Shown here in pieces: positions 7,854-17,394 of a stretch of 64,000 nt of DNA. The stretch's first letter is position 1. Each line of letters begins with the position of its first letter. The translations under genes were made by a program, and so were the position numbers. The DNA comes from Collinsella sp. (GTDB lineage: Bacteria; Actinomycetota; Coriobacteriia; Coriobacteriales; Coriobacteriaceae). The DNA lies in NCBI GenBank assembly GCA_036302525.1, contig JAXJCG010000008.1, positions 106,822 through 170,821 of the forward strand. The letters run 5' to 3'. The notes below the pieces were generated by a model. That model was not told the DNA's origin, did no database searches, and saw only the letters and a program-made list of their open reading frames with translations.

Positions 7854-8623
7854 CACTGGAGGGTGGCGTCGATGGCCTTGACCAGGGCGCTGCGCATGCC
7901 GGCGTCCTCGAGCGCGACGACGCCCTTGATGGTGGCGCCGCCGGGTGAGCATACGGCATCCTTCATCGCCGCAGGATGCTGCCCTGTTGCAAGCTGCAGC
8001 TTTGCCGTACCCAACACCATCTGGCTCACAATGCGATAGGCATCGGCGCGCGGAATGCCGTGCTTGACGGCCGCGTCGCCCAGGGCCTCAATCGCCATGG
8101 CGACAAATGCCGGGGCGCAACCGCCCACGGTGCCGCCCACAAACAGCAGGCTCGTGTCGAGCTCGACGACAGTGCCAAGCTTACCGAGCAGGTCGAGCAC
8201 AACAGCACGTTGCTCGTCGCCGAGCGTAGAGGACCTCTCGCAGGCGATGACGCCCTCGCCCACCGAAACCGGCGTGTTGGGCACTGTCGAGATATGCGCG
8301 ACACCCGGCAGGACCTTTTCCCACTTGGCGCTATCCCAAGTCCAGGCAACCGAAAGGACAACCTTGTCGGCAAGAGTGTCCTTAAGCGGAGCGAAGACCT
8401 TCTCGATCATGTACGGCTTGACCGCAGCAACCACGATATCGGATGCGGCGACAACCTCCGCCGCGTCACGACAGGCAACCATCCCACGCGCCTCACAACG
8501 CTCAACCAAGGCGTCGTAGTGGCCCGCGCAGGCGCACATATCGCTCGCAGCCACACCGGCGGCGATCCAGCCATCGGCCATAGCGCTCGCCATATTGCCA
8601 AAACCGACAAATCCAATCTTCAT
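7853..8623 (-). CDS. proC: pyrroline-5-carboxylate reductase
   Basis: N-terminal Rossmann GFVGFGNMASAM and C-terminal P5CR dimerisation signature (SPGGATIKGV..LE). Confidence 0.88.
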   Translation of the reverse strand: MKIGFVGFGNMASAMADGWIAAGVAASDMCACAGHYDALVERCEARGMVACRDAAEVVAASDIVVAAVKPYMIEKVFAPLKDTLADKVVLSVAWTWDSAKWEKVLPGVAHISTVPNTPVSVGEGVIACERSSTLGDEQRAVVLDLLGKLGTVVELDTSLLFVGGTVGGCAPAFVAMAIEALGDAAVKHGIPRADAYRIVSQMVLGTAKLQLATGQHPAAMKDAVCSPGGATIKGVVALEDAGMRSALVKAIDATLQ

Positions 8624-8696
8624 ATCTCATAGTCCTCTCAGACACGTTCTTCAAAACGAAAGCTATTGTCCCACGGCATTGTTTCGTATTGCCGAC

Positions 8697-9167
8697 CTAT
8701 TTGTGATACGGCTCGCCACGGCTGATCTTGCAGGCGCGATAGATTTGCTCCAGCAGCACCACGCGCGCCAAGTTATGCGGCAAGGTAATACGTCCAAAGC
8801 TGAGCATCTCGTCGGCTCGTGCGCGTACATCATCGCTCACGCCGTCCGATCCGCCAATCACAAAGGCGATGTCGCTGTTACCACGCAGCATAAGATCGTC
8901 GAGCCGCGCCGAGAGTTCCTCACTCGAGCGCTCTTTGCCCTCAATGGCCAGCAAGATCACATGTGCTCGAGGTGGCAGGGCTGCAAGTATCGCTGCCCCC
9001 TCCTTGTCGCGCGCGGCATCCACGCCGCCCGCCTTAGCCGGGTCGATATCGGCCACCTCGCGGATATCCACTTTGGCATAGGCGCCCAGGCGCTTGGTGT
9101 ACTCGGCGCAGGCATCCTTCCAAAAGCGCTCCTTGAGCTTACCGACGCAAACGACGGTGTATTTCAC
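8697..9167 (-). CDS. rlmH: 23S rRNA (pseudouridine1915-N3)-methyltransferase
   Basis: 156 aa, SPOUT/RlmH pattern (MKYTVVCVGKLKE..., ..FVIGGSDGV.., ..LSFGRITLPH). Confidence 0.85.
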   Translation of the reverse strand: MKYTVVCVGKLKERFWKDACAEYTKRLGAYAKVDIREVADIDPAKAGGVDAARDKEGAAILAALPPRAHVILLAIEGKERSSEELSARLDDLMLRGNSDIAFVIGGSDGVSDDVRARADEMLSFGRITLPHNLARVVLLEQIYRACKISRGEPYHK

Positions 9168-9173
9168 GCGCGT

Positions 9174-10112
9174 CTACTCCTTCGAATCGTTTTGGACTTT
9201 GCCGGCGGTCAGCATCTGCTCGAACATCGAGGCCGACTGCGAGAAATCGCTCGGCAGTACGACCGTCGATGTTTTACCCGTGCGAGCGAACTCTGTCATC
9301 ATCTCGGACCACTGCGTAAACATGAACAGCTGGTTGGCCTCGTCGTTACCGACACCCGTCTCCTGGATGATCTCGAGCGAATCCTTGATGCCCAGCGCGA
9401 TGGCCTTGCGCTGGTTGGCGATGCCCTCGCCCGCCTTTTCCATCGCCTCGGCCTCGGCGGTCGCCTCGGTGACGCGCTTGATGCGGTCGGCCTCGGCGAG
9501 CTCCTGCGCAGCAGCGCGCTTTCGCTGGGCGGCATTGATGTCGTTCATGGAGTTCTCGACCTCGGTCGGCAGCGCGATCTTGGTGATGAGTGTCGACACG
9601 AGGGTAAAGCCGTAGGCAGCCATCTGCTCGGACACGGTGGCATTAACGTCCTTGGCGATGTCATCCTTCTTGGCAAAGACCTCATCGAGCGTATAGACGG
9701 GGATGGAAGAGCGCAGGGCGTCGGTGATGAAATCACGCATCTGGTCGACGGGCTCCTGCAGCATGTAGTAGCTCTTGTAGATGCCCGAATCTGCCGGGCC
9801 GGCGCCCATGTCATAGCTCACGTGGTACTGAGCAGAGACCTCAAGGCCGATGGTCACGTTGTCCTGGGTCTTAACGTCGATGCCAAAACCGTTTTTCATG
9901 GTGCGCAGACTCACCGTGGCGGCCTTGCGGTCGATCACGGGCACCTTCATGTGGAAGCCCGCGTTGACGATGCGGTTAAACTTGCCCAGACGCTCGATGA
10001 TCACGGCATGCTGCTGTTCAACGACATAGCAGGCGTTGGGGAGCAGCAGCAACAAAATGATGATGGGAAGTAGAAAGCTCGTAAGGGCAGCGATGATACC
10101 GGACAACAGCAT
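9174..10112 (-). CDS. SPFH/Band 7 (stomatin-prohibitin) domain membrane protein
   Basis: N-terminal TM helix followed by an SPFH-type core (VVEQQHAVIIERLGKFNRIV..G.HMKVP.ID). Start set at M8 with GAGGAGAG upstream. Confidence 0.8.
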   Translation of the reverse strand: MLLSGIIAALTSFLLPIIILLLLLPNACYVVEQQHAVIIERLGKFNRIVNAGFHMKVPVIDRKAATVSLRTMKNGFGIDVKTQDNVTIGLEVSAQYHVSYDMGAGPADSGIYKSYYMLQEPVDQMRDFITDALRSSIPVYTLDEVFAKKDDIAKDVNATVSEQMAAYGFTLVSTLITKIALPTEVENSMNDINAAQRKRAAAQELAEADRIKRVTEATAEAEAMEKAGEGIANQRKAIALGIKDSLEIIQETGVGNDEANQLFMFTQWSEMMTEFARTGKTSTVVLPSDFSQSASMFEQMLTAGKVQNDSKE

Positions 10113-10189
10113 GGTCTCTCCTCTGATAGGCACACGTTGGCACTAGGATACCCGCACGAAGCAGCCACGTGACACCAACAGGAGGACCC

Positions 10190-10408
10190 GTGGTCAAAAA
10201 AGGCCAAATATGAGTACTGTTACCAGTTTAGTAACAGCGTATTTGGGTCAAAATCGCCTCGTTGAACCCGAGGTCTATCGAAATTACTTCATTTTGTCTC
10301 AAGGTTGAGCCAAATTAGCGTACATCTGTTGCGTAAAATGAGCAAAAATGGCTTCATGAAATGTCTCTATTTTCATGTCAGTACTCATATTTGCCACTTT
10401 TTGACCAC
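10190..10408. repeat. MITE-like element: ~30-bp imperfect terminal inverted repeats around an AT-rich core
   Basis: GTGGTCAAAAAAGGCCAAATATGAGTACTG (10190-10219) matches the reverse complement of 10379-10408 at 27/30 positions. The interior is visibly AT-rich. Confidence 0.55.
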
Positions 10409-10462
10409 AGGGGCATCTACCGCGCGAAATCGATATGTCAAATCTGCCAAAAACGGCCCATA

Positions 10463-10490
10463 ACAAAAAAGCTCCCATTGCTGGGAGCTC
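10463..10490 (-). terminator. terminator of tRNA-Leu
   Basis: Minus strand reads AGCTCCCA-GCAA-TGGGAGCT followed by TTTTTTG. Confidence 0.7.
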
Positions 10491-10500
10491 TTTCATTCAA

Positions 10501-10587
10501 TGGTGCGGGCGAAAGGACTTGAACCTTCATGGGGTTGCCCCCATACGGACCTGAACCGTACGCGTCTGCCAATTCCGCCACGCCCGC
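10501..10587 (-). tRNA. tRNA-Leu(CAG)
   Basis: 87 nt: acceptor GCGGGCG/CGCCCGC, anticodon arm TACGG-TTCAGGT-CCGTA, long variable arm, T arm GAAGG-TTCAAGT-CCTTT, encoded CCA. Confidence 0.9.
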
Positions 10588-10630
10588 GTGCAGGAATTAG
10601 AATAACGGAGCGCCACCGCGAACGCAAGAA

Positions 10631-11548
10631 CTATTTTTGAAAAAGTTTGCAGGCATTTTCCCAAGCGGCTTGCGCGATTGCCTCAGCATCCTCGCCGGTA
10701 CGATCGACACGGTCGTTAACCAGCGCGTTTGCCGTAATGGAGATCATTGCGGGCTCGCATTCAAGACCGCGGATGGGCTCCGGAGCCATATACGGGCAAT
10801 CCGTCTCGAACAAAATTCGATCGAGTGGGGTTGCCGCAAATGCCTCGCGCACGTCGTCGTTGCGCTTAAAGGTGGCCGCACCACCATAGGCGATATAGCA
10901 GCCCAGCTCCACAAAGCGCTCCATCGTGGCGCGGTCCTCGCCAAAGCAGTGCAGCACACAACCGGCCTGGGGCACGCCCACCTCACGAAGCACGTTGTAC
11001 GCATCAACGTGCGAGGTGCGCTCATGGTCCGTGTCCTCGTGGCGCAGATGCAGCTCCACCGGCACGTTACGGCACACGGCAAGCTCGAGCTGACGCGCCA
11101 TGCAGTCAATCTGCACGTTATGGGGTGCCGGCGCGATATCGTCGTCATAGTCCATGTGGTAGTCCAGGCCGATTTCGCCAATACCGGCGCATAAGGAATC
11201 ATCGAGCGCGGCAACGACCTGTGCGTGAACGTCGTCGGTATAGTCCGGTGCGCCATACGGATGCACGCCGGCAAGATACTTGATCTGCGGGATATCCTGC
11301 ATCGGCAGAATTTCGCGCACGAGCCAGTCGCTATAGTCCGTCACGCTGCGTTTGTCAGCGATGGGGTCGAGCATCGTCACCAACAGGTCGACGCCTGCCG
11401 CCTTGGCACGCACGAGCGTCTCAGGCACATCCTTGCCCCAGAACGAAAGTAGATGCGCATGCGTGTCGGCAAGCGGTGCCAAGGGCACGGGACAAGCAAC
11501 CGTCTTCTTTTTCTTGGTAAACGTCACACGTTCGGCATTAGGCATCAT
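10631..11548 (-). CDS. tatD: TatD-family metal-dependent hydrolase/DNase
   Basis: DTHAHL motif near the N-terminus and a conserved HCF..D / ETDCPY pattern. Confidence 0.8.
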   Translation of the reverse strand: MMPNAERVTFTKKKKTVACPVPLAPLADTHAHLLSFWGKDVPETLVRAKAAGVDLLVTMLDPIADKRSVTDYSDWLVREILPMQDIPQIKYLAGVHPYGAPDYTDDVHAQVVAALDDSLCAGIGEIGLDYHMDYDDDIAPAPHNVQIDCMARQLELAVCRNVPVELHLRHEDTDHERTSHVDAYNVLREVGVPQAGCVLHCFGEDRATMERFVELGCYIAYGGAATFKRNDDVREAFAATPLDRILFETDCPYMAPEPIRGLECEPAMISITANALVNDRVDRTGEDAEAIAQAAWENACKLFQK

Positions 11549-12398
11549 GGATTAGCTCCTGGGCCAGACGGACAAAGTCGGCAACATCAAGCGTCTCGGC
11601 GCGCGTGGTGGGTGCGATACCGCAAGCCTCAAAGGCGGCATCGAGCACGTCCTTGGCAAAGCCGTTGGCGCTCATGGAATTGCGGATGGTCTTGCGACGC
11701 TGGGCAAATGCAGCATCAATCACGCGAGCCACAAAGTCGCGATCGAGCCCTTCGGGCACCACGCCGTCAACACGGTCGATACGCACGACGGCCGAGTCCA
11801 CGTGCGGCGCCGGCATAAAGCAACGCGGCGGCACCTCAAAACGACCCGTCACCTGCGCATACAGGCCGAGCTTTGCCGTATAGCCGCCATAGGTCTTGTT
11901 GCCCGGCGTTGCGGCAATGCGATCGGCAACCTCCTTTTGAACCATGACGACGGCGCGCTTGAGCGCGGGCATCGTCTGGAAGAACTGCAGGATGATCGTC
12001 GCCGCCACGTTATAGGGCAGGTTCGCAACAAATACCGTTGGCTCACCGCCTGCAGCCTGCTCAATCTGCCCCGGCGTCACCTTGAGCGCGTCACCCATGA
12101 TAAAGCGGAAGTTGGCATAGTCGGCGGCGTGGGCGTCAAGCACCGGCTCAAGCTCGGGATCGGCCTCGATCGACGTAACGCACGCCGCCTCCTGCAGCAA
12201 CGCAAGTGTCAACGTACCGCAACCCGGGCCGACCTCGAGCACGCGCTCATCGCCCGCAAGTTCAGCGAGCTCACAGATACGTTCGATCACATGGTTGTCG
12301 ATCAGGAAGTTTTGGCCCAGGCGATGCTTGGTCGCAAGGCCAAACTCCTCTAGCAGCTCCCTAGTTGCCGTGGGGTTTGCCAAAGGCGAAGTTGTCAT
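11538..12398 (-). CDS. rsmA: 16S rRNA (adenine1518/1519-N6)-dimethyltransferase
   Basis: LGQNFLID, SAM-binding VLEVGPGCGTLT and NLPYNV motifs. Confidence 0.9.
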   Translation of the reverse strand: MTTSPLANPTATRELLEEFGLATKHRLGQNFLIDNHVIERICELAELAGDERVLEVGPGCGTLTLALLQEAACVTSIEADPELEPVLDAHAADYANFRFIMGDALKVTPGQIEQAAGGEPTVFVANLPYNVAATIILQFFQTMPALKRAVVMVQKEVADRIAATPGNKTYGGYTAKLGLYAQVTGRFEVPPRCFMPAPHVDSAVVRIDRVDGVVPEGLDRDFVARVIDAAFAQRRKTIRNSMSANGFAKDVLDAAFEACGIAPTTRAETLDVADFVRLAQELIHDA

Positions 12399-12505
12399 AG
12401 TTGCCTCCTTAGCATGGTGGCGGCGTCTTGAAACAAAAGGGCATGGACCGTTGCGGCCATGCCCTTACATCTAAACAGCAAATTGCCGATATGGCGCGCA
12501 GCGGC

Positions 12506-14107
12506 TTAGCCCAGACGCGGGAACAGCGGCTCGCCCTTCTCGACGGGCTGACCACCGGCAAGCAGGCCCCAAGCGCAAATGCCCTTGAGGTCGTCGCTCG
12601 TGGCCTCGTCCTCGCAGGACAGGCGACGCAGAGCCTCGGCAGAAGTCTGGGGCATGAGTGGCATCAGCAGGTGAGCGGCGATGCGGATGGCCTCGAGCAG
12701 GTTGTAGATCACAAACGCCAGCTCGTCAGCCTTGGCCTCGTCCTTGGCAAGCGCCCAAGGCTCGGAGTCCTCGATGTAGTGGTTGGCGGCATGGATGAGC
12801 TCCATGACCTCGTCCTTAGCTCCACCGTAATCGAGCACGTCCATCTTGGCCATGTAGCGATCGACCAGGCCATCGGCAATCTTTGCCAGCGGGTTGTCGA
12901 ACGCATCGAACGATGCGGGCTTGGCGGGCGCGCAACCGTCAAAGTACTTGCCGCTCATGTTGAGCGAACGCGAGATAAGGTTGCCCCAGCTGTTGGCCAG
13001 GTCGGCGTTGTAGACCTGCTCCATGCGCTCGAAGCTGATGGCGCCGTCGGTGCCGGGCACCACGTCGGTCATAAAGTAATAGCGATAGCCCTCGACGCCC
13101 AGCATGTCGATAACGTCCTGCGGAGCGATGGCGTTGCCGCGGCTCTTGGACATCTTCTCGGCCTTGCCGGTCTCGGCATTGCGCACGGTCAGGAAGCCGT
13201 GGGCAAAGACGTGCTCGGGCAGGGCCTCGCCGATGGCCATGAGCATGGCGGGCCAAATGACGCAGTGGAAGCGGATGATGTCCTTGCCCACGATGTGGAA
13301 CTGCGCGGGCCAGCGATAGGCCAGCTCGGCACGCGCCTCGTCGGTGTCGACACCGTAGCCGACGGCCGTCATATAGTTGAGCAGCGCATCGAACCACACG
13401 TAGGTCACGTGACCCTCGTCAAACGGGACCTGAATGCCCCAGTCAAAGCTCGTGCGGCTCACGGAAAGGTCGTTAAGGCCGCCCTCGACAAAGCTGCGCA
13501 CCTCGTTCATGCGGAACGCAGGCTCGACAAAATCGGGGTGCTCGTCATAGAGCTTGAGCAGCTTGTCCTGGAACGCAGAGAGCTTAAAGAAGTAGGACTC
13601 CTCCTGCACGCGCTCGAGCGGACGGTGGCAATCGGGGCACAGGTGCTGGCCGACGCTGCCGTACTCCTCGTCGCCCTTCTGGACCTGCGTATCGGTAAAG
13701 TAGGTCTCGTCGGGCACGCAGTACCAGCCGTCGTAGCTGCCCTTATACAGGTAGCCGGACTCCTTCATGCGCTCCCACAGATACTGCACCGCATGATGCT
13801 GGCGCGGCTCGGTGGTGCGGATGAAGTCGTCGTTGGAGATCTCGAGCTTGCTCCAAAGCTCCTTGAAATGCGGAGCCTGGCTGTCGGTCCACTCCTGCGG
13901 CGTCATGTTGTGCTTGGCTGCAGCCTCGGCGACCTTCTCGCCATGCTCGTCCATGCCAGTCAGGAACTTGACGTTATAGCCGGCTGAGCGGCGATAGCGA
14001 GCCTGAACATCGGCGATGATGGTGGAATAAGCCGTGCCCAGGTGCGGATCGGCGTTGACGTAGTAGATGGGCGTCGTGATAAAGAACGAAGGCTTGGTTT
14101 GATCCAT
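12506..14107 (-). CDS. metG: methionine--tRNA ligase
   Basis: Class I motifs P.YYVNADPHLGTAY (HIGH-type) and KMSKSRGN, plus zinc knuckle CPDCHRP. Confidence 0.93.
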   Translation of the reverse strand: MDQTKPSFFITTPIYYVNADPHLGTAYSTIIADVQARYRRSAGYNVKFLTGMDEHGEKVAEAAAKHNMTPQEWTDSQAPHFKELWSKLEISNDDFIRTTEPRQHHAVQYLWERMKESGYLYKGSYDGWYCVPDETYFTDTQVQKGDEEYGSVGQHLCPDCHRPLERVQEESYFFKLSAFQDKLLKLYDEHPDFVEPAFRMNEVRSFVEGGLNDLSVSRTSFDWGIQVPFDEGHVTYVWFDALLNYMTAVGYGVDTDEARAELAYRWPAQFHIVGKDIIRFHCVIWPAMLMAIGEALPEHVFAHGFLTVRNAETGKAEKMSKSRGNAIAPQDVIDMLGVEGYRYYFMTDVVPGTDGAISFERMEQVYNADLANSWGNLISRSLNMSGKYFDGCAPAKPASFDAFDNPLAKIADGLVDRYMAKMDVLDYGGAKDEVMELIHAANHYIEDSEPWALAKDEAKADELAFVIYNLLEAIRIAAHLLMPLMPQTSAEALRRLSCEDEATSDDLKGICAWGLLAGGQPVEKGEPLFPRLG

Positions 14108-14176
14108 GGGGTCTGTCCTCCAGAAAAACGTTGCATACAGGGGATGATTCTAGCGCAAGGGCTGGATATCCTCCAT

Positions 14177-15055
14177 CTATTGCATATCGAGCACCATGGC
14201 ATAGACATCGCGCTTGCGGCGCGAGTACTTCTGAGACAGGCGCTTTGCCACCGCGGAGGCGGGCTCCCCCTCCTCGAGCGCGGTGCGAATGTCCTCGCGC
14301 AGGGCTTCGTCGGGGTCTACCGCTGCGGCTCCAACCGGCGCGATACCGGCCTCCTCGTCCTCACTCGGCGGCGCGATGACCAGCGCGATCTCGCCCTTTA
14401 CCTCGCCACGGGCACGCAGCTCCTCGGCGAGCTGGGCAGCGGGCCCGCGCAAGACCTCCTCGTGCAGTTTGGTGAGTTCGCGGCAGACGGCGACATCGCG
14501 CTGGGGAAAAACCTCTGCCACGGCCTCGAGCGTCGCCACGATGCGATGTGGAGACTCGTAGAAGATGAGTGCGCCGGGGACGACGGCAAGGCGCTGCAGT
14601 CGGCGCACGCGGTCGCCGTGCTTGCGACCCAAAAAGCCTTCGAAGAAGAAATGCTCGCAGGGAATACCGGACGATACGAGCGCCGTGACGCAAGCAGAGG
14701 GGCCGGGAATAACCTCGACAGGCACATCCGCCTCGCGCGCCGCCTCGACCAGCGCCTGGCCGGGATCGGACACACTCGGCATACCGGCGTCCGAGGCAAA
14801 GGCGAGGGTCTCCCCCGCCAGCAGGCGGTCGACCAGGCCGGCTGCGCGACTTGCGATCACGTTCTCGTCGCAACGAACGAGCGGCTTGGAGATGCCTAGG
14901 TGCATCAGCAACTTTGAGGTCACACGCGTGTCCTCGCAGCAAATGGCATCGGCGGCGGCAAATGCCTCGCCGACGCGCGGAGACAGGTCGCCCAGGTTAC
15001 CGATGGGCGTACCGACCACATAAAGTTTGCCCGTGCGGGCGCTGTTTTGCGTCAT
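14177..15055 (-). CDS. rsmI: 16S rRNA (cytidine1402-2'-O)-methyltransferase
   Basis: LYVVGTPIGNLGDLSPR N-terminus typical of the RsmI tetrapyrrole-methylase fold. Confidence 0.88.
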   Translation of the reverse strand: MTQNSARTGKLYVVGTPIGNLGDLSPRVGEAFAAADAICCEDTRVTSKLLMHLGISKPLVRCDENVIASRAAGLVDRLLAGETLAFASDAGMPSVSDPGQALVEAAREADVPVEVIPGPSACVTALVSSGIPCEHFFFEGFLGRKHGDRVRRLQRLAVVPGALIFYESPHRIVATLEAVAEVFPQRDVAVCRELTKLHEEVLRGPAAQLAEELRARGEVKGEIALVIAPPSEDEEAGIAPVGAAAVDPDEALREDIRTALEEGEPASAVAKRLSQKYSRRKRDVYAMVLDMQ

Positions 15056-15061
15056 ATCAAC

Positions 15062-16123
15062 CTATTCAATCATGCCGCGCTCGAGCGTGCCGAGTGCCGC
15101 GCGGGCGTCCCATGCTGCAATGCGCTTCTCGGTCTTCCACGTTTGGAAGAACCAACCGGCAGCCGGCGCAAACGAAGCCAGCTGGTTGGCGATAAACACG
15201 CGCTCGTAGGCATTGCGGCCCTCGGGCGTAACCGACGAGTTGGCGAAGATCGCCGCGCCCGACCATTCGCCCACCAAAACGGGGAACCCAGTTGCGACCG
15301 CCTCTTTGAGCTCACGCTTGTTGCGCGAAATCGCCGTCGTCAGACCGCGGGGGCTCGTGATGTCGAGCGCATACTCGTCGCGGTAATGGTACAGGTGAAG
15401 GTCCATGTAGACGTTCTTGTACTTGGCACCGCGCATAAAGTGCTTCCACTCGCCAGGGTGTCCCGAAGAGGAAAAGACGACGATCTTGTCCTCGGGCATA
15501 TACGAACGAACGAGCTCGTAGGCATCGCGATAGAAATTGCGCAGGTAGTGGGCCGGAATGCCATCCGTCATGGTAAAGAGGCTCTTGCGTACGCTCATCT
15601 GCGGCGTATCCAACAGCTCGATGCCCAGCAGGCTCTCGGCCTCACCATAGCGATCGGCCAGGCGCTCGAGCACATCGAGCGCAACGTGACGGCCGTTGGT
15701 GGACGAATGCCACTCGGCAACAGCCTCCGGCGTGGTTGGCGAATCATTGGAATCGCCCTGACCGCCGGGTACAGTCGCCAGATCAAGCAGTACGCGGATG
15801 TTGTACTTGTCGGCCCACTCAATAGCACGGTCAATATAATCGACGACCGAGATGTAGGAAGCGTCGGACTCCTGCGAGCCAAAGGCATACCACGGCACCG
15901 GCAGGCGCACGGCGTTGAGACCGATCTGCGCCATACGACGAAAATCGTCCTCGCTCACAAACGTCTCGTAATGGCGACGCATGCGCTCGTTATAGGCAGC
16001 GGTGCCCATGGCCTCCTGCAGCTCGGCTGCATTGGATGCTCCGGTCGCTGCATAGAGCGACGGGGTCACCCAGGGCTCGGGAATAAACCAGCCAGAGAGA
16101 TTAACGCCGAGAATCCTCTCCAT
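15062..16123 (-). CDS. glycoside hydrolase family 5 (exo-1,3-beta-glucanase-like), no signal peptide seen
   Basis: GVNLSGWFIPEPWVTPSLY start motif, NAVRLPV, and a GEW acid/base-nucleophile context. Start moved to M58 with AAGGGGG upstream. Confidence 0.7.
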   Translation of the reverse strand: MERILGVNLSGWFIPEPWVTPSLYAATGASNAAELQEAMGTAAYNERMRRHYETFVSEDDFRRMAQIGLNAVRLPVPWYAFGSQESDASYISVVDYIDRAIEWADKYNIRVLLDLATVPGGQGDSNDSPTTPEAVAEWHSSTNGRHVALDVLERLADRYGEAESLLGIELLDTPQMSVRKSLFTMTDGIPAHYLRNFYRDAYELVRSYMPEDKIVVFSSSGHPGEWKHFMRGAKYKNVYMDLHLYHYRDEYALDITSPRGLTTAISRNKRELKEAVATGFPVLVGEWSGAAIFANSSVTPEGRNAYERVFIANQLASFAPAAGWFFQTWKTEKRIAAWDARAALGTLERGMIE

Positions 16124-16405
16124 CACGGCCCCCTTCGAATCGCGCAGGCCGAACCTGCATCGTATTGCATAGGAAAAGTATCGTTTTGAGTATACCCGCG
16201 CGTGCGGACAGGCGACCGAACGGTCTACAAAGTGGCGCAAAAGTGGGAGGAATGTCCGGGCAGACGGAACCCGAGATGGCGCGCCGAAATGCACACGCGC
16301 GCCGGAAAGCTCGTTCCGTTTTTCCGCTCAATAATGGGATGCATTTTCCGCAGGAGCCCTCGGTAAAAGAAAAGGACCCCTTCGCAGAGGTCCTTATCAA
16401 GTCAA

Positions 16406-16480
<75 letters not shown>

Positions 16481-16615
16481 ATTTGAGGTGTGCCTTGTTT
16501 CAAGGCTTGATTAGTATAACCAAGGACGCGCTCCGGTCAACCGAGAATTTTAAAAAAGTTTTTGAGCGCGACATCGGCCACGATCTCGCTCCTATAGAAC
16601 GGCACGTCAGAAGCA

Positions 16616-16903
16616 TCAACCGGCCGCAAGAAGTTTTTCACTCAGGGCCGCACGGGCAAACTCACTTGGCGTCATCCCCTCGGCAGCCGCCCGTCGACGA
16701 ATAGCCTCCTTCATTCCCAGAGGAATCTTGACCGATAGCGTTGCCGTTCCCTCACCTGAGAGTGGAGGCCGTCCATGCACGATTCCGCCAACGGTGTGTT
16801 CGCCATCCGGAAACTCTCCGCGCTCGTACGACTCACACCACGCGTCAATCATTTCATCCGTTACAACCTGACCACTAGCGGTCGTATATGTCTTGCCCAT
16901 CAT
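16616..16903 (-). CDS. ribbon-helix-helix (CopG/RHH) antitoxin-like protein
   Basis: C-terminal RHH pattern LSVKIPLGMKEAIRRRAAAEGMTPSEFARAALSEKL. The N-terminal part is typical of TA antitoxins of this type. Confidence 0.6.
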   Translation of the reverse strand: MMGKTYTTASGQVVTDEMIDAWCESYERGEFPDGEHTVGGIVHGRPPLSGEGTATLSVKIPLGMKEAIRRRAAAEGMTPSEFARAALSEKLLAAG

Positions 16904-16955
16904 CGACCCCTTCCGTCAGGTGCTTTTTGGCGTTGGGATGAATCTCGACATCCAT
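16875..16955 (-). pseudogene. possible truncated toxin remnant (26 codons) overlapping the antitoxin start
   Basis: MDVEIHPNAKKHLTEG... resembles N-termini of small toxins encoded upstream of RHH antitoxins, but the frame stops after 26 codons. This rests on recognition only. Confidence 0.2.
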
Positions 16956-17013
16956 GCATTTCCTCCCCCATCTTACCCAATTTCGTATGACGAAAGTCCA
17001 CTGTCGCCAATTC

Positions 17014-17394
17014 TTATGCCGGCACGCGTTGGAGAACAGGGGGCGAAACAATGAGTGAAGGGCGTTCGAGTGCCGCCCAGGCACCGGGACAGGAACACAT
17101 ACGCCAAGGGCGTACGTTTTCGTAGCATGCGAGGACATTGCCGCTGCGATCGATAAAGGCAATGTCGATGGGATAGGCCATAAAGCAGGTGTGAACCGAG
17201 GAACAGCGCGGAAACGCCATGACAAGCGGCAGTCCGCTGGCGGCAATTGGCCGCCGTCCCAGCATGCCGCGCAGACGCACGGTAAACGACTCCGCCACCA
17301 CAAACTCGGCCGGCGTCCAACCCAACCTGTTGAGCGCCCGCGCGTAGGCGATATAGGACGAGACCGCGGTCACATGACCACCCCCGGACGCCAT
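17014..17394 (-). CDS. DUF192 domain protein (last gene of the tad cluster)
   Basis: Pattern RLRGMLGR..., LVMAFPRCSSVHTCFMAYPIDIAFIDRSGNVL...RPW matches the DUF192 consensus as I remember it. Confidence 0.6.
   Translation of the reverse strand: MASGGGHVTAVSSYIAYARALNRLGWTPAEFVVAESFTVRLRGMLGRRPIAASGLPLVMAFPRCSSVHTCFMAYPIDIAFIDRSGNVLACYENVRPWRMCSCPGAWAALERPSLIVSPPVLQRVPA

Noticed and set aside
10299-10496. 65-aa ORF inside the AT-rich inverted-repeat element
   Set aside because: It spans the right inverted repeat and the tRNA-Leu terminator, and has no SD or motif.
12428-13987. 519-aa ORF on the plus strand
   Set aside because: It is antisense to metG, which has the HIGH and KMSKS motifs.
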